Shown here: positions 20,866 to 31,189 of the stretch, one piece after another | How the letters are laid out: each line of letters opens with the position of its first letter | Position numbering within the stretch: position 1 is the stretch's first letter | Assembly (NCBI GenBank): GCA_021208885.1 | Contig: JAJOJF010000036.1 | Span: forward strand, 13,197-77,196 | From: Burkholderiaceae bacterium | GTDB taxonomy: Bacteria > Pseudomonadota > Gammaproteobacteria > Burkholderiales > Burkholderiaceae_B | Direction of reading: 5' to 3' | Length of the DNA: 64,000 nucleotides | The notes under the pieces: generated by a model | Database searches by the model: none | The model's input: only the letters and a program-made list of their open reading frames with translations | Told to the model about the DNA's origin: nothing | Made by a program: the position numbers and the translations under genes

Positions 20866-21726
20866 ATGACCTACCAGAACCTTATTTCCGTGAACGAGCT
20901 GCGCATGCTAATGCGCGATCATCCTGACGCACTGGTTGTGCTTGACGCAAGCCATGACCTATTTGATCCTGATCTCGGACGACAAACTTACGAAGCGGGC
21001 CATTTGCCGGGCGCCAAATTTGTCTCTTTGAATTCTGATATGGGTGGCACAAAGACCGGCAAAAACGGTCGACATCCTTTGCCGGAAAGGGGCGAAGTTG
21101 TGGCTACCATGCGCCGTTTGGGGGTCAGTGATGACCAGCAAGTAGTGGTCTATGATCAATGCGAAGGCATGTATGCCACACGGGTTTGGTGGACCTTAAA
21201 CTGGCTGGGTCACCGACATGTGGCGGTGTTAGATGGTGGTTTGAAGGCCTGGCGCACGGCGGGCGGTGAGTTGGAGACTGGGGTTGCCTCAGCCGTTGCT
21301 GCAGGCAACTTTAGTGATCGTGGCCCGGGCATGGAAGTGGTTAGCTACGAGGATGTATTGAGTAACGTTGCGAGCCAAGAACGTCTGGTTGTGGACGCGC
21401 GAGCTGAAGATCGTTTTGCAGGTCAAAATGAGACATTGGATCCAATTGGTGGGCACATTCCCGGTGCGATTAACCGTTTTTACAAGCACAATCTGAATGC
21501 TGATGGCACTTTCAAGACCCCTGAACAGTTGACTGTCGAATTCCAAGCACAAATTGGTGATCGTAGAGCCGAATATCTCATTATGCAGTGCGGCTCAGGC
21601 GTGTCTGCCTGCCACAATTTGTTTGCTCTGCACATGATTGGCCTTGGCACCGCACCCCTTTACGTAGGTTCTTGGAGTGAGTGGTGTGTGCGTGAGGGCT
21701 CCCCGGTCGCAACCGGACCCGCTTGA
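20866..21726 (+). CDS. Tandem-rhodanese sulfurtransferase (SseA/3-mercaptopyruvate sulfurtransferase type)
   Basis: GHLPGA, GRHPLP, GHIPGA, CGSGVSAC active loop, YVGSWSEW. Confidence 0.93.
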   Translation: MTYQNLISVNELRMLMRDHPDALVVLDASHDLFDPDLGRQTYEAGHLPGAKFVSLNSDMGGTKTGKNGRHPLPERGEVVATMRRLGVSDDQQVVVYDQCEGMYATRVWWTLNWLGHRHVAVLDGGLKAWRTAGGELETGVASAVAAGNFSDRGPGMEVVSYEDVLSNVASQERLVVDARAEDRFAGQNETLDPIGGHIPGAINRFYKHNLNADGTFKTPEQLTVEFQAQIGDRRAEYLIMQCGSGVSACHNLFALHMIGLGTAPLYVGSWSEWCVREGSPVATGPA

Positions 21727-21784
21727 CTCATTAGCCCCGCCGCTGATTTAAATTGGGTGGGTTGTTTGCTTAATTGATCTCACC

Positions 21785-22738
21785 ATGCCCAATGTAAGAG
21801 TCCTCTTGACCAATCCGATTCATCCTGAGGCGCAAGCGCGTCTGGCGAAGTTAGTCGAGCTAGTGGTGGCACCGGATACGCAAGCTGACACGCTTAAGGC
21901 TTTAGCCGCTGATTGTGATGCCATGGTCGTGCGCAGTCATCTGCCGCAGGATGTGTTTGAAGGGGCATCTCGCATGAAATATGTGGTTCGCCATGGTGTT
22001 GGGCTCGATATGGTCCCCATGGCGGCGGCTACTTCCAGAGGTATTGTCGTGGCCAATCTGCCTGGCAGCAACACCCAAGCCGTGGTTGAGTACGTTGTGG
22101 CAGCGATGTTTGCATTGCGCCGAAACGTGGTGGGTATAAACGAGGTCTTTCGCCTACATGGCTGGAACGCTGCCAAACCAATGTCAAATGACTGTGCCGA
22201 GTTGGGCGGAGATGTTTTGGGGGTGGTCGGTTATGGATCAATTGGCAGGCGTCTGTCTGCGGTTGCTCATGTCCTAGGCATGAGAGTTATCACCCACACA
22301 CGCAGGCCTGAGACGGTTGAATCACCAGTTACTGCTGTTGATCTGGCGGAATTGATGCGACTGTCAGACGTGATTGTTTTGGCGTGCCCTCATACGGAAC
22401 AAACGCATCACCTGATCAATGCCTCGGTACTTGAGCACGTAAAGTCCTCGGCTGTGCTTATTAATGTCGCGCGAGGACCGGTCGTTGACACGCCAGCCTT
22501 AGTCGATGCCTTGAATCAGGGTCGACTTGGTGGCGCTGCACTCGACGTCCATGAGAACGGGCCACTGACGGGGGAAGAAGATATTTTTAAGTGTCCAAAC
22601 GTGTTGTTAACGCCGCATTTGGCGGGTAATACCGCGACTGCGTTGTCACAGATGAGCCAATGGGCCGTTGACACACTGCTGGCGCTGCTGGCCGGTGAGC
22701 GGCCAGACAATGTGGTCAATGCTGAGGTCTTTGGTTGA
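21785..22738 (+). CDS. D-isomer-specific 2-hydroxyacid dehydrogenase
   Basis: RHGVGLD, GVVGYGSIG, INVARG, TPHLAG. Confidence 0.92.
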   Translation: MPNVRVLLTNPIHPEAQARLAKLVELVVAPDTQADTLKALAADCDAMVVRSHLPQDVFEGASRMKYVVRHGVGLDMVPMAAATSRGIVVANLPGSNTQAVVEYVVAAMFALRRNVVGINEVFRLHGWNAAKPMSNDCAELGGDVLGVVGYGSIGRRLSAVAHVLGMRVITHTRRPETVESPVTAVDLAELMRLSDVIVLACPHTEQTHHLINASVLEHVKSSAVLINVARGPVVDTPALVDALNQGRLGGAALDVHENGPLTGEEDIFKCPNVLLTPHLAGNTATALSQMSQWAVDTLLALLAGERPDNVVNAEVFG

Positions 22739-22757
22739 GTTTGCTCAGAGGATAGGT

Positions 22758-24152
22758 ATGTCGGATCAATTAATTCATGATTTGCGCCAAGCACTAGGCG
22801 AGGATCAGTTGCTCTTGGGACAGCAGATTGAGCCGCGCTACAAGACTGACTGGTCTAAGGCTCGAGTTTGTGAGCCTATCGTTGTGGTGCGTCCGCGATC
22901 CACTGAGGCAGTATCAGCCGCTTTGAAGGTGTGCAATGCCCATGGACACCCAGTCACGGTACAAGGTGGAATGACTGGTTTGGTCGGCGCTAGTCAGGCA
23001 AACGATGGTGATGTAGTACTGTCGCTGGAGCTTTTAAACGGCGTTCAGGAAATTGATGCCAGCGCCAGTTGCATGACGGTTTGGGCAGGCACACCCTTGC
23101 AAGTTGCGCAAGATGCAGCCCAAGCGGCAGGCTTGTACTTTGCGGTTGATTTGGGCGCGCGTGGCTCTTGTCAGGTAGGTGGCAATATTGCGACTAACGC
23201 CGGCGGCAACCGTGTCATTCGTTATGGCATGATGCGCGAGCAAGTGCTTGGCCTAGAGGTAGTCTTGGCTGATGGCACCGTGGTCACAAGCTTGAACAAA
23301 ATGCTTAAAAACAATGCAGGCTATGACGTTAAGCAACTGTTTATTGGTTCAGAGGGTACGCTTGGTGTGGTCACTCGCGCTGTGCTGCGTCTGCATGCGA
23401 TGCCTGCTGAGACAACCACGGTTTTGTGTGAGCTCGTTAATGAAGCCGCTATGGAAGGATTTTTGAAGCGGCTTCGCAGCGCTGCAGGCGCATCTTTGCT
23501 TGCATTTGAAGTGATGTGGCCAGACTTTTTTGCATTTATGACTCAGCGAGTGCAGGGCAATGAATCACCGTTTGACCGGCAAGACCGCATGACAGTACTG
23601 TTAGAGGTCGCCACTGGTGATGCAGGCTTGTCTTCACAGGTGCTTGAGCGTTTGCTTGAGAATGCACTTGAATCCGATGAGCTCAGCGATGCAGCAATCG
23701 CCCAGTCTGGCAAGCAGGCTAGTGCCTTCTGGCGCATCCGGGACTCAGTGTCGGAGTTTCCTTTGCTGTTTGCGCCGTATCTGAGTTTCGATGTGAGTCT
23801 GCCCATTCCGAGTGTTTGTGCATTCGTTTCTACCCTCAGAACGCAATTGACGACAGAGATTGCGGGGTCGCAAGCTTTATTTTTTGGGCATATTGGTGAC
23901 AGCAATTTGCACATCGTGGTTCATGTGCCTGGGTCGCGTGAGACCTTTCCCAAAGAGGCGGTGGATTCAGCTGTCTATGAGTTGGTCAAGCAGTATGGCG
24001 GCTCGGTCTCAGCCGAGCATGGTATAGGCACTCGAAAGAAACGATGGTTGGGCCATTCGCGCTCGCTAGCCGAAATTGAGTTGATGCGGACCATAAAAAA
24101 AGCGCTCGATCCCGGACAGATTCTAAACCGGGGTCGAGTCATTGATCTTTAA
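22758..24152 (+). CDS. FAD-linked oxidoreductase (D-2-hydroxyglutarate/D-lactate dehydrogenase, GlcD type)
   Basis: QGGMTGLVG, DLGARGSCQVGGNIATNAGG, KNNAGYD, GSEGTLG, GHIGDSNLH, SAEHGIG. Confidence 0.92.
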   Translation: MSDQLIHDLRQALGEDQLLLGQQIEPRYKTDWSKARVCEPIVVVRPRSTEAVSAALKVCNAHGHPVTVQGGMTGLVGASQANDGDVVLSLELLNGVQEIDASASCMTVWAGTPLQVAQDAAQAAGLYFAVDLGARGSCQVGGNIATNAGGNRVIRYGMMREQVLGLEVVLADGTVVTSLNKMLKNNAGYDVKQLFIGSEGTLGVVTRAVLRLHAMPAETTTVLCELVNEAAMEGFLKRLRSAAGASLLAFEVMWPDFFAFMTQRVQGNESPFDRQDRMTVLLEVATGDAGLSSQVLERLLENALESDELSDAAIAQSGKQASAFWRIRDSVSEFPLLFAPYLSFDVSLPIPSVCAFVSTLRTQLTTEIAGSQALFFGHIGDSNLHIVVHVPGSRETFPKEAVDSAVYELVKQYGGSVSAEHGIGTRKKRWLGHSRSLAEIELMRTIKKALDPGQILNRGRVIDL

Positions 24153-24167
24153 ACTCGCGGTTTGAGC

Positions 24168-25271
24168 CTAGTTCAAACGGGTCAGGTTCCATGACGTCGA
24201 AAAATCGAAGAACACCACTTCTTTGGCATTCATGTCGATCTTGGACATCTCGATGGTTTGTACCGATGGGTTGCCATGCGTGCGGATGTAGAAGATTTGA
24301 TTTTTAAGATCCGACACGGCCGACCAGTAGGTGATCTCAAAACCGCCGCCGCCACCACCGAATCCGCCATCACCTAGTGCGATCATGCCCGGAGGCAAGT
24401 CAAAGTTATTCAGGAAATGAAACGCTGTGGCAACTTGTTTGTCCGTCGTGAGGTTGGACGGTGCGTTTTGTTTCATCATGAAAGCACGCACGAACCGTGA
24501 TGGCGAGGACATGTCGCCTGGCAAGCCAGTCATGCCATAGCCCGTGCTCCATGGGCCTAGCACGGTGGTTCCGAGCTTGATTGAGCCAGGCTCTTTGGGC
24601 GATAGCAGGGTGTAGTTGCCTAGATTGTTCAAATGCCAATTGAAGTGTGGCGCATTGGTCAACACCGACGTCGGGTTGTCTGAGATCTGCAGCTCGCCAC
24701 CGATGTACTCGATAACAATGCTCTTGCCGCTCGCGTCATGCAAGGTCAGGTGCAAGTCGACCACCCCTTTGAAAAGCTTTTGTGGAGAGCGGTTAACTTT
24801 GATTTTACGAAACCCCTCACGTACCTCGTCGACAGTGGCAAAGTTGGTCAGGGCATAGACTAGCATCTCATATGAAGCGATTGATTGCCCCGATTCAGAT
24901 GGATCGACCTCCTGATATTCGGTAATTCCTGGGGCATATAGCATGCCACCCGCCAGACCTTTTTCATTGAGACCGTCAACGATGATGGGCAGGCCAAGCG
25001 CCGCTGCTCCAATCGCAGCGTACTTGCTCGTCCATTTCATGCCAGTTCCGGGTTTGCCGTCAACGCCTGTGCCTTGCAACGCAATATTGCGGGCAATTGC
25101 AATGCCACGAGAGTTGATGTCAACGCCAAACTCAAGCGTGCGACCATACACAAAGCCGCCATCAGATCCCGGCAATAAAAAACTGGTGCAAGCTTGCGAG
25201 ATAGCAGGCGCTATCGTCATCAAAGCCGCTAAAGCGCCCGCGATCCAGCGTTTATGCCAGGTAGCCATCAT
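24168..25271 (-). CDS. Linear amide C-N hydrolase (penicillin V acylase/choloylglycine hydrolase family), secreted
   Basis: Signal peptide ending SQA directly before CTSF (N-terminal nucleophile Cys); GRTLEF, DGLNEKGL, LTNAP, LPGDMSSPSRFVRA. Confidence 0.92.
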   Translation of the reverse strand: MMATWHKRWIAGALAALMTIAPAISQACTSFLLPGSDGGFVYGRTLEFGVDINSRGIAIARNIALQGTGVDGKPGTGMKWTSKYAAIGAAALGLPIIVDGLNEKGLAGGMLYAPGITEYQEVDPSESGQSIASYEMLVYALTNFATVDEVREGFRKIKVNRSPQKLFKGVVDLHLTLHDASGKSIVIEYIGGELQISDNPTSVLTNAPHFNWHLNNLGNYTLLSPKEPGSIKLGTTVLGPWSTGYGMTGLPGDMSSPSRFVRAFMMKQNAPSNLTTDKQVATAFHFLNNFDLPPGMIALGDGGFGGGGGGFEITYWSAVSDLKNQIFYIRTHGNPSVQTIEMSKIDMNAKEVVFFDFSTSWNLTRLN

Positions 25272-25355
25272 TGAGTTTCTCCTTCATTGAACTGCAGTAG
25301 ATCTGCATGTGCAGTTTACCGGCAAAACTCAGAGCTCCTATTATTCTGTGTAGCG

Positions 25356-25649
25356 CTAAAACTCAAGAATTTCTTGCACGCGGGTCATGACCCATGTTTG
25401 TTCGGCTTCATTCATTTCCAGGCTTAGCGCAGGCAATCCACGTTCAATTTTCGCTAGTGCGTCTGCCTTAGTGATGCCAAGCTGCCAGACTTTGTCTTTG
25501 ACTTTTTCGGCAAGTAATTGCGAAAGGTCTTCACACAGGTCGTGACGGTCTTCAAGCCACTGACGTGGCGGGGTTGGCCGCACATGGCCTGCTGGCGTGT
25601 AGAGCGCCAGAAATGAGGCAGGAATATGGATCTGACGTTCTGAAGACAT
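25356..25649 (-). CDS. Conserved hypothetical protein (97 aa, helical)
   Basis: Starts 3 bp after the garD stop; QIHIPASFLALY...CEDLSQLL...WVMTRVQEIL resembles an uncharacterised betaproteobacterial family (recollection, not searched). Confidence 0.7.
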   Translation of the reverse strand: MSSERQIHIPASFLALYTPAGHVRPTPPRQWLEDRHDLCEDLSQLLAEKVKDKVWQLGITKADALAKIERGLPALSLEMNEAEQTWVMTRVQEILEF

Positions 25650-25652
25650 GGG

Positions 25653-27248
25653 TTAAGTTACTGGCGCGGGGTTAAACAGGGCAAGGCTGTTGTGTAGTTT
25701 CCAATGCTCCGCCCAGGTTTGCTTGCCACTAGCTACCTCAAGGATCAAGTGAAATAGCTCCCAACCCAAGGATTCGATGGTCTGCTCGCCATCGGCTACA
25801 CGGCCTGCATTGACATCCATGAGATCGTGCCAGCGTCTAGCCAGATCGCTGCGAGTAGCAACTTTAATGACGGGACATTGTGCCAGTCCGTACGGTGTAC
25901 CGCGACCGGTGGTGAATATATGAAGGTTCATGCCAGCGGCTAGTTGCAAGGTGCCACAGATAAAGTCGCTGGCTGGCGAGGCATTAAAGATAAGTCCACG
26001 CTGGCCGTTGAGTTTCTCGCCTGGACCAAGCACCCCGGCAATGGGTGCCGTGCCGCTTTTACTGATTGAGCCCATGGCTTTTTCGACGATATTGGAAAGC
26101 CCGCCCTTCTTGTTGCCAGGCGATGTGTTGGCACTGCGATCTACGCCACCGCGTGCCAGATAGTTATCAAACCATTTCATTTGGTCGATCAGCTGTTGTG
26201 CGACCGCTGGTGAAGCAGCACGAGACGTTAATTGTGCAATGCCATCGCGTACCTCGGTAACCTCTGAGAACATCACCGTGGCACCGGCTCGCACCAATAA
26301 ATCACTGGCAAAGCCAAGCACGGGGTTGGCGGTTATTCCAGAAAACGCATCGCTGCCGCCGCATTGCATGCCCACGATCAGTTCACTAGCAGGCACCGTC
26401 TCGCGTCTTCGGGCATTGAGTCTATGCAAGTGTTGCTCAGCTTGCCGCATGATGTGTTCAATCATGCTGTCAAATCCGACGTGTTCTTTATCTTGTAGGC
26501 AAACGACGTCAAGGTCACCCCAACGGGCATCGTTGATGGTGCCTCGTTGCTCACGATGAATTTCAATGGTGCCAGCCGGCATCATTCGTTCGGGTTGCAA
26601 CTTCTCGCAGCCCAAGCTCACCACCATGACTTCCCCTCCGAAATTCGGGTTTTGTGCCAAGTGCCGCAGGGTGCGAATCGGCACCTCGGCGCCGGGGGCA
26701 TCGATGGCTACACCACAGCCATAGGTGTGTTCAAGGGAGATCACATCATTCACGTTGGGAAACTTTGGAAGCAGATCGTCCTTGATGCGTTTGACGGCAA
26801 ACTCGATCACGCCGCTGACGCACTGCACAGTAGAGCTGATCGCCAGAATGTTGCGTGTCCCCACGCTACCATCTGGATTGCGAAACCCTTCAAAGGTGTA
26901 GCCTTCAAGTGCAGGCTCAACGGGTGGGATGGCTGTCGCCATGGGCAAGTGTTCGAGTGCTGGTGGTTCAGGCAAGCGCAGCCGCGTCTCATGGATCCAG
27001 CTACCGGCCTTGATATCTTCTTTAGCGTACCCAATGATGACGTTGTAGCGTCGCACAGCCTCGTCTTGTTTGATGTCTATTAGGGCAACTTTGTGACCTT
27101 GCGGAATTTTTTCTTGCAAGGCCAGACCGTCTGGCAAACTTGTCCCCGCCGGCAGGCCGCCATCATTGGCGACGACAGCAACGTTGTCAGACGGGTGCAT
27201 TCGGATAATGATGGGCGCGAGCGGGTCGCCGTTGATCGCTTGGTTCAT
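25653..27248 (-). CDS. garD: Galactarate dehydratase (UxaA/GarD family, N-terminal SAF domain)
   Basis: [51 protein letters not shown]. Confidence 0.92.
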   Translation of the reverse strand: MNQAINGDPLAPIIIRMHPSDNVAVVANDGGLPAGTSLPDGLALQEKIPQGHKVALIDIKQDEAVRRYNVIIGYAKEDIKAGSWIHETRLRLPEPPALEHLPMATAIPPVEPALEGYTFEGFRNPDGSVGTRNILAISSTVQCVSGVIEFAVKRIKDDLLPKFPNVNDVISLEHTYGCGVAIDAPGAEVPIRTLRHLAQNPNFGGEVMVVSLGCEKLQPERMMPAGTIEIHREQRGTINDARWGDLDVVCLQDKEHVGFDSMIEHIMRQAEQHLHRLNARRRETVPASELIVGMQCGGSDAFSGITANPVLGFASDLLVRAGATVMFSEVTEVRDGIAQLTSRAASPAVAQQLIDQMKWFDNYLARGGVDRSANTSPGNKKGGLSNIVEKAMGSISKSGTAPIAGVLGPGEKLNGQRGLIFNASPASDFICGTLQLAAGMNLHIFTTGRGTPYGLAQCPVIKVATRSDLARRWHDLMDVNAGRVADGEQTIESLGWELFHLILEVASGKQTWAEHWKLHNSLALFNPAPVT

Positions 27249-27376
27249 AATCGTTAGTGACTCTTATACGGTGCTATAAGCGTAGTGTGTCGCAACTGAA
27301 TTGAACAGTCTGCTGTTTGTTTTGTTGTTTTTTTTGTTGCGTTGTTCTTGTTTGATTGATTTTTGGTCATTAATCC

Positions 27377-28018
27377 ATGTATTTGCCTAAACATTTTGCG
27401 GCGCCATCGCAAGAGGCCATTGAATCACTCGTTAGGGACTATCCTTTGGCCCAAGTGGTGACGGTTGATCAACAAGGGCAATGGGTCTGTAACCCGGTTC
27501 CTTTGTTGGTCCGCGGTGCCCTGCAAACGGGTTCGAGTTTGATTGGACATGTCGCGCGCGCTAACTCGTTATGGCAGCATGCAGGTCCTGTTCTGGCGAT
27601 TTTTACTGGCCCACAGGTCTACATCACGCCTAATGCCTACCCTGGCAAGGCTGAGCACCACCGCGTGGTGCCAACCTATAACTACGCTACAGTCCAGGTG
27701 CGGGGACAGCTTCTCGCGCACGATGAGCCGTCGGCCATGCTTGATGCGGTCAGTGAACTAACCGACTTTGCTGAGCAAACTCAGCCTCACGCCTGGTCGG
27801 TGAGCGATGCGCCAGATGACTTTGTACAGGCGAATTTGCGGGCGATTGTGGCTATCGAGATTCGTATCGATTCAGTCACAGCCAAGTTCAAGCTCAGCCA
27901 AAACCGCAACGCGGCTGACCAGGCCGGTGTGAGAGATTATCTAGCGGGCATTTCCAAGGATGGTGATGCAGCCGCCATGCTAAAAATAATGCAAAACTCA
28001 AATCCTCGCAAAAACTGA
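27377..28018 (+). CDS. PaiB-family FMN-binding protein
   Basis: MYLPKHF, GHVARAN, VPTYNY, KFKLSQNR. Confidence 0.9.
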   Translation: MYLPKHFAAPSQEAIESLVRDYPLAQVVTVDQQGQWVCNPVPLLVRGALQTGSSLIGHVARANSLWQHAGPVLAIFTGPQVYITPNAYPGKAEHHRVVPTYNYATVQVRGQLLAHDEPSAMLDAVSELTDFAEQTQPHAWSVSDAPDDFVQANLRAIVAIEIRIDSVTAKFKLSQNRNAADQAGVRDYLAGISKDGDAAAMLKIMQNSNPRKN

Positions 28019-28034
28019 CGATCAGGCAGCCATC

Positions 28035-28997
28035 ATGGATTACTCGCATTTGCCCCCAGCCCTACAAAACCTGGCGCTCCCGGTGATCGCCTCACCGATG
28101 TTTACCGTGAGCTATCCCGAGCTTGTGCTGGCGCAATGTAAAGCGGGTATCGTTGGGTCGTTCCCGGCTCTAAATGCTCGGCCAGCCGAGTTGCTCGATC
28201 AGTGGCTCACCGAGATGAAGTCTGAGCTAGCTCGCTTCAAAGCCGCTAGCCCGGACAAGCCAGTCGGCCCGATCGCTGTAAACCAGATCGTGCATGACTC
28301 CAATGTCCGTTTGATGCAAGACGTAGAAACTTGCGTCAAGCATGAGGTGCCGATTTTTATCACCTCGTTGCGTGCGCCAGTGCCAGAGATTATTGATGCC
28401 GTTCACGCCTACGGCGGCATTGTGCTGCACGATGTGATCAATATGCGTCATGCTGCCAAAGCACTCGATGCGGGCGTTGATGGTCTGATCGTGGTAGCCG
28501 CTGGTGCGGGTGGTCATGCGGGTGCTCAGTCGCCATTTGCGCTCGTTGGGGAGTTGCGAAGGCACTATCAGGGTCCGGTGATTCTGTCGGGGGCGATCAC
28601 AACGGGTGCGGCGGTGCTCGCAGCCCAAGCCATGGGTGCAGACTTGGCTTATATCGGGACACGCTTTATTGCGAGCACTGAAGCCCATGCCGTGCCAGAG
28701 TATAAAGAGGCCATTGTGCGTGCCAGTGCATCAGACATTATCTATACCGATCTGTTTACCGGGGTGCGTGGCAACTACATTCGCGAGAGCATAGAAAAAG
28801 CCGGCCTTGATCCAGATAACCTGCCAACCGCCAAGCAAGGCATGAATTTCTCATCGGGCACTTCTAAACCCAAGAGTTGGAAAGACATCTGGGGTGCTGG
28901 TCAAGGCGTGGGACAAATCGACGACATCATGCCGGTTGGCGAGATTGTGGCCCGATTAAAACGAGAGTACGAGGCTGCGCGCGCCAGAATTGTCTAG
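28035..28997 (+). CDS. Nitronate monooxygenase family flavoprotein
   Basis: SPMF, GSFPALNAR, GAGGHAG, AYIGTRF, WKDIWGAGQG. Confidence 0.9.
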   Translation: MDYSHLPPALQNLALPVIASPMFTVSYPELVLAQCKAGIVGSFPALNARPAELLDQWLTEMKSELARFKAASPDKPVGPIAVNQIVHDSNVRLMQDVETCVKHEVPIFITSLRAPVPEIIDAVHAYGGIVLHDVINMRHAAKALDAGVDGLIVVAAGAGGHAGAQSPFALVGELRRHYQGPVILSGAITTGAAVLAAQAMGADLAYIGTRFIASTEAHAVPEYKEAIVRASASDIIYTDLFTGVRGNYIRESIEKAGLDPDNLPTAKQGMNFSSGTSKPKSWKDIWGAGQGVGQIDDIMPVGEIVARLKREYEAARARIV

Positions 28998-29902
28998 CCT
29001 GGTTTGCGGTTGATGGCTTGAAGGCTGATTCGTGTTTCACCGGCTTGGCGTCGGGTGGCGCTTCGCCAGGCGTGACCGTAGGCAACTTCCAATGTCAAGG
29101 TGAGCTTGTCACCTTGGCGCTTGGTTTCAATCGCATCGACTAGTCTTTGGCGCCAGGCTCTCGAGGCTAGACTGGCTTTGCGTTGTGGGTTGGGGTTGCC
29201 GCCTAGTGCATGCACATCGGCCAGCAAAGCATCGGCACTGTCATAGGTCAGCGTGATCGTTTCCTGATCCATGACCGGATCGGAAAAGCCTTGTTCGACC
29301 ATCAGGTCGCCCAAATCGTGCATGTCGACAAAGGGTTGGGTCGCGGTTCGCAGGCCTGCAGCAGCCAACGCATCGCGCAACTCGCGACCGGTGGCTGGTC
29401 CCCAGCCACTAAAAAAAGCCAGACCGCCGGGGCGCAACAGACGCGACCACTCACGCAATACGCTGTGGGGTTCGGGGTGCCAGTGGATGGCGAGGTTTGA
29501 CCAAATGAGGTCAATGGACTCCGGCGCCAAGCTCGTGCTGTCGAGTTCGGCCTCGAGCAAATCAATCGCAGGCAGGCGTTGCAAGGGGTTAAGCACCTTT
29601 TGCCAGAACGACGTTTTGATGGACTGGCGGGCTAGTTCAAGCAGTGCCTGGTTGTGGTCCAGGCCAATTAGCCTGGCCTTCGGGTAGCGCTCGCGTAGCG
29701 CAGCAAATCGTCTGCCAACCCCACAGCCAGCATCTAACACGACGGCAGGCTCGAGCCGGATCAGCTTTAAGCGATCGAGCATACGTCTAGCAATTTCGCC
29801 ATAGAGGAACTCGGCAGCGCCAAGGTCGCCACGGCGGTCAAACTGTTGCTTGACATGCCTGGTCTCGATGGCCAGGCGGTTTGGCTGTGATGCATTTGTC
29901 AT
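28994..29902 (-). CDS. BioC-like SAM-dependent methyltransferase
   Basis: VLDAGCGVG, DLIWSNLAIHW, FVDMHDLGD, LEVAYGHAW; divergent from comF. Confidence 0.88.
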   Translation of the reverse strand: MTNASQPNRLAIETRHVKQQFDRRGDLGAAEFLYGEIARRMLDRLKLIRLEPAVVLDAGCGVGRRFAALRERYPKARLIGLDHNQALLELARQSIKTSFWQKVLNPLQRLPAIDLLEAELDSTSLAPESIDLIWSNLAIHWHPEPHSVLREWSRLLRPGGLAFFSGWGPATGRELRDALAAAGLRTATQPFVDMHDLGDLMVEQGFSDPVMDQETITLTYDSADALLADVHALGGNPNPQRKASLASRAWRQRLVDAIETKRQGDKLTLTLEVAYGHAWRSATRRQAGETRISLQAINRKPG

Positions 29903-29946
29903 GGTTGAGATTTAAACACGCCATCTTGCTGCAGAATATCGCCCCC

Positions 29947-30687
29947 ATGACGTCATCATTAGTTTCTCGTTGTTTGGCCAAGTCTAAGCAAACCGCCGGT
30001 GGTTTGCTCAGAAAAATGCCTAGTCGTTGTCCGCTATGCCAAATGGCCGCTCGCGGCGGCCATCTATGCGCCGGCTGCGAGGCCGATATTTTTGATGCTC
30101 GCCAACGACGATCGCTGTGCCGTGCCTGTGGCGCTGAGCTCTCTATTTCCGCGTTATGTGGCAACTGCGTTCGGGGTGCAGCAATCGACGCTCTGGCATG
30201 TGCCATCGATTATCAGTTTACTGGGCAGTTATTGATTCAAATGTACAAAGAAGGCGGACAACTCGCGCTTGCGAATTTGTTGGGTGACTTGATGGTGCGT
30301 GCCGCTAAACCTTTGTTTGATGAGCTTAAGCCCGATGCGTGGGTGCCAATACCGGCTAGTGCGGCGCGCCTGGGTCACACCGGGTTTAGCCCTGCCCAGC
30401 AATTGGCACGCGTCGTAGCCTCATTGACGGCGACACCTTGTCGACTCGAATGGCTGGCTCAGGTTCGCGACGGTTCCCCCCAAAAAACACTTGGCCGTTT
30501 TGAGCGCTTAAATGCAGTTAAAGGCCGATTTGTGGCTAACGCAGCCGTGGCGGGACTTTGCATCGGCTTGGTCGATGACGTGGTGACGACCTCAAGTACG
30601 GTCGCTGAGGCTGCGCGCACATTAAAAGCGGCTGGTGCCAAGCGAGTGATAGTGTTGGCCGCAGCACGCACGCCACTGAGCGCCTGA
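29947..30687 (+). CDS. comF: ComF family protein (double zinc ribbon + PRTase)
   Basis: CPLC/CAGC/CRAC/CGNC; LVDDVVTT; start uncertain. Confidence 0.85.
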   Translation: MTSSLVSRCLAKSKQTAGGLLRKMPSRCPLCQMAARGGHLCAGCEADIFDARQRRSLCRACGAELSISALCGNCVRGAAIDALACAIDYQFTGQLLIQMYKEGGQLALANLLGDLMVRAAKPLFDELKPDAWVPIPASAARLGHTGFSPAQQLARVVASLTATPCRLEWLAQVRDGSPQKTLGRFERLNAVKGRFVANAAVAGLCIGLVDDVVTTSSTVAEAARTLKAAGAKRVIVLAAARTPLSA

Positions 30688-30706
30688 ATCTGGCACAATC
30701 TCGCGC

Positions 30707-31177
30707 ATGTTTCATGTCATTCTTGTCGAACCAGAAATCCCGCCCAATACGGGCAATGTGATCCGACTGTGTGCCAATGTTGGCGCGCAGCTGCATTTGG
30801 TGCGCCCCTTGGGATTTGAGATTGACGATCGCCGTTTGCGACGTGCCGGGCTTGACTATCACGAGTGGCAGCCATTAAAGGTGCATGACTCACTGGCTCA
30901 AGCCTTGGCTCATACGGGCACGCCGGCAGCACGGCAATTTGCCATGACCACGCGCGGCAAGCGCTTGATCGGTGAGATCGCATTTGAGTCAGGCGATGTG
31001 TTTGTGTTTGGCCGTGAAACCGCTGGTTTGTCTAACGAGCAGCGTGAGCTGTTTGCCCCTGAGCAGTGGATCCGTTTGCCCATGCGCGAGGGACAGCGTA
31101 GTTTGAATCTTTCCAATACCGTGGCGGTGGTGGTTTACGAGGCATGGCGTCAGCTAGGCTACCCAGGCGGGCGCTAG
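30707..31177 (+). CDS. trmL: tRNA (cytidine/uridine-34 2'-O) methyltransferase
   Basis: [28 protein letters not shown]. Confidence 0.96.
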   Translation: MFHVILVEPEIPPNTGNVIRLCANVGAQLHLVRPLGFEIDDRRLRRAGLDYHEWQPLKVHDSLAQALAHTGTPAARQFAMTTRGKRLIGEIAFESGDVFVFGRETAGLSNEQRELFAPEQWIRLPMREGQRSLNLSNTVAVVVYEAWRQLGYPGGR

Positions 31178-31189
31178 TGGTTGTGTGTC

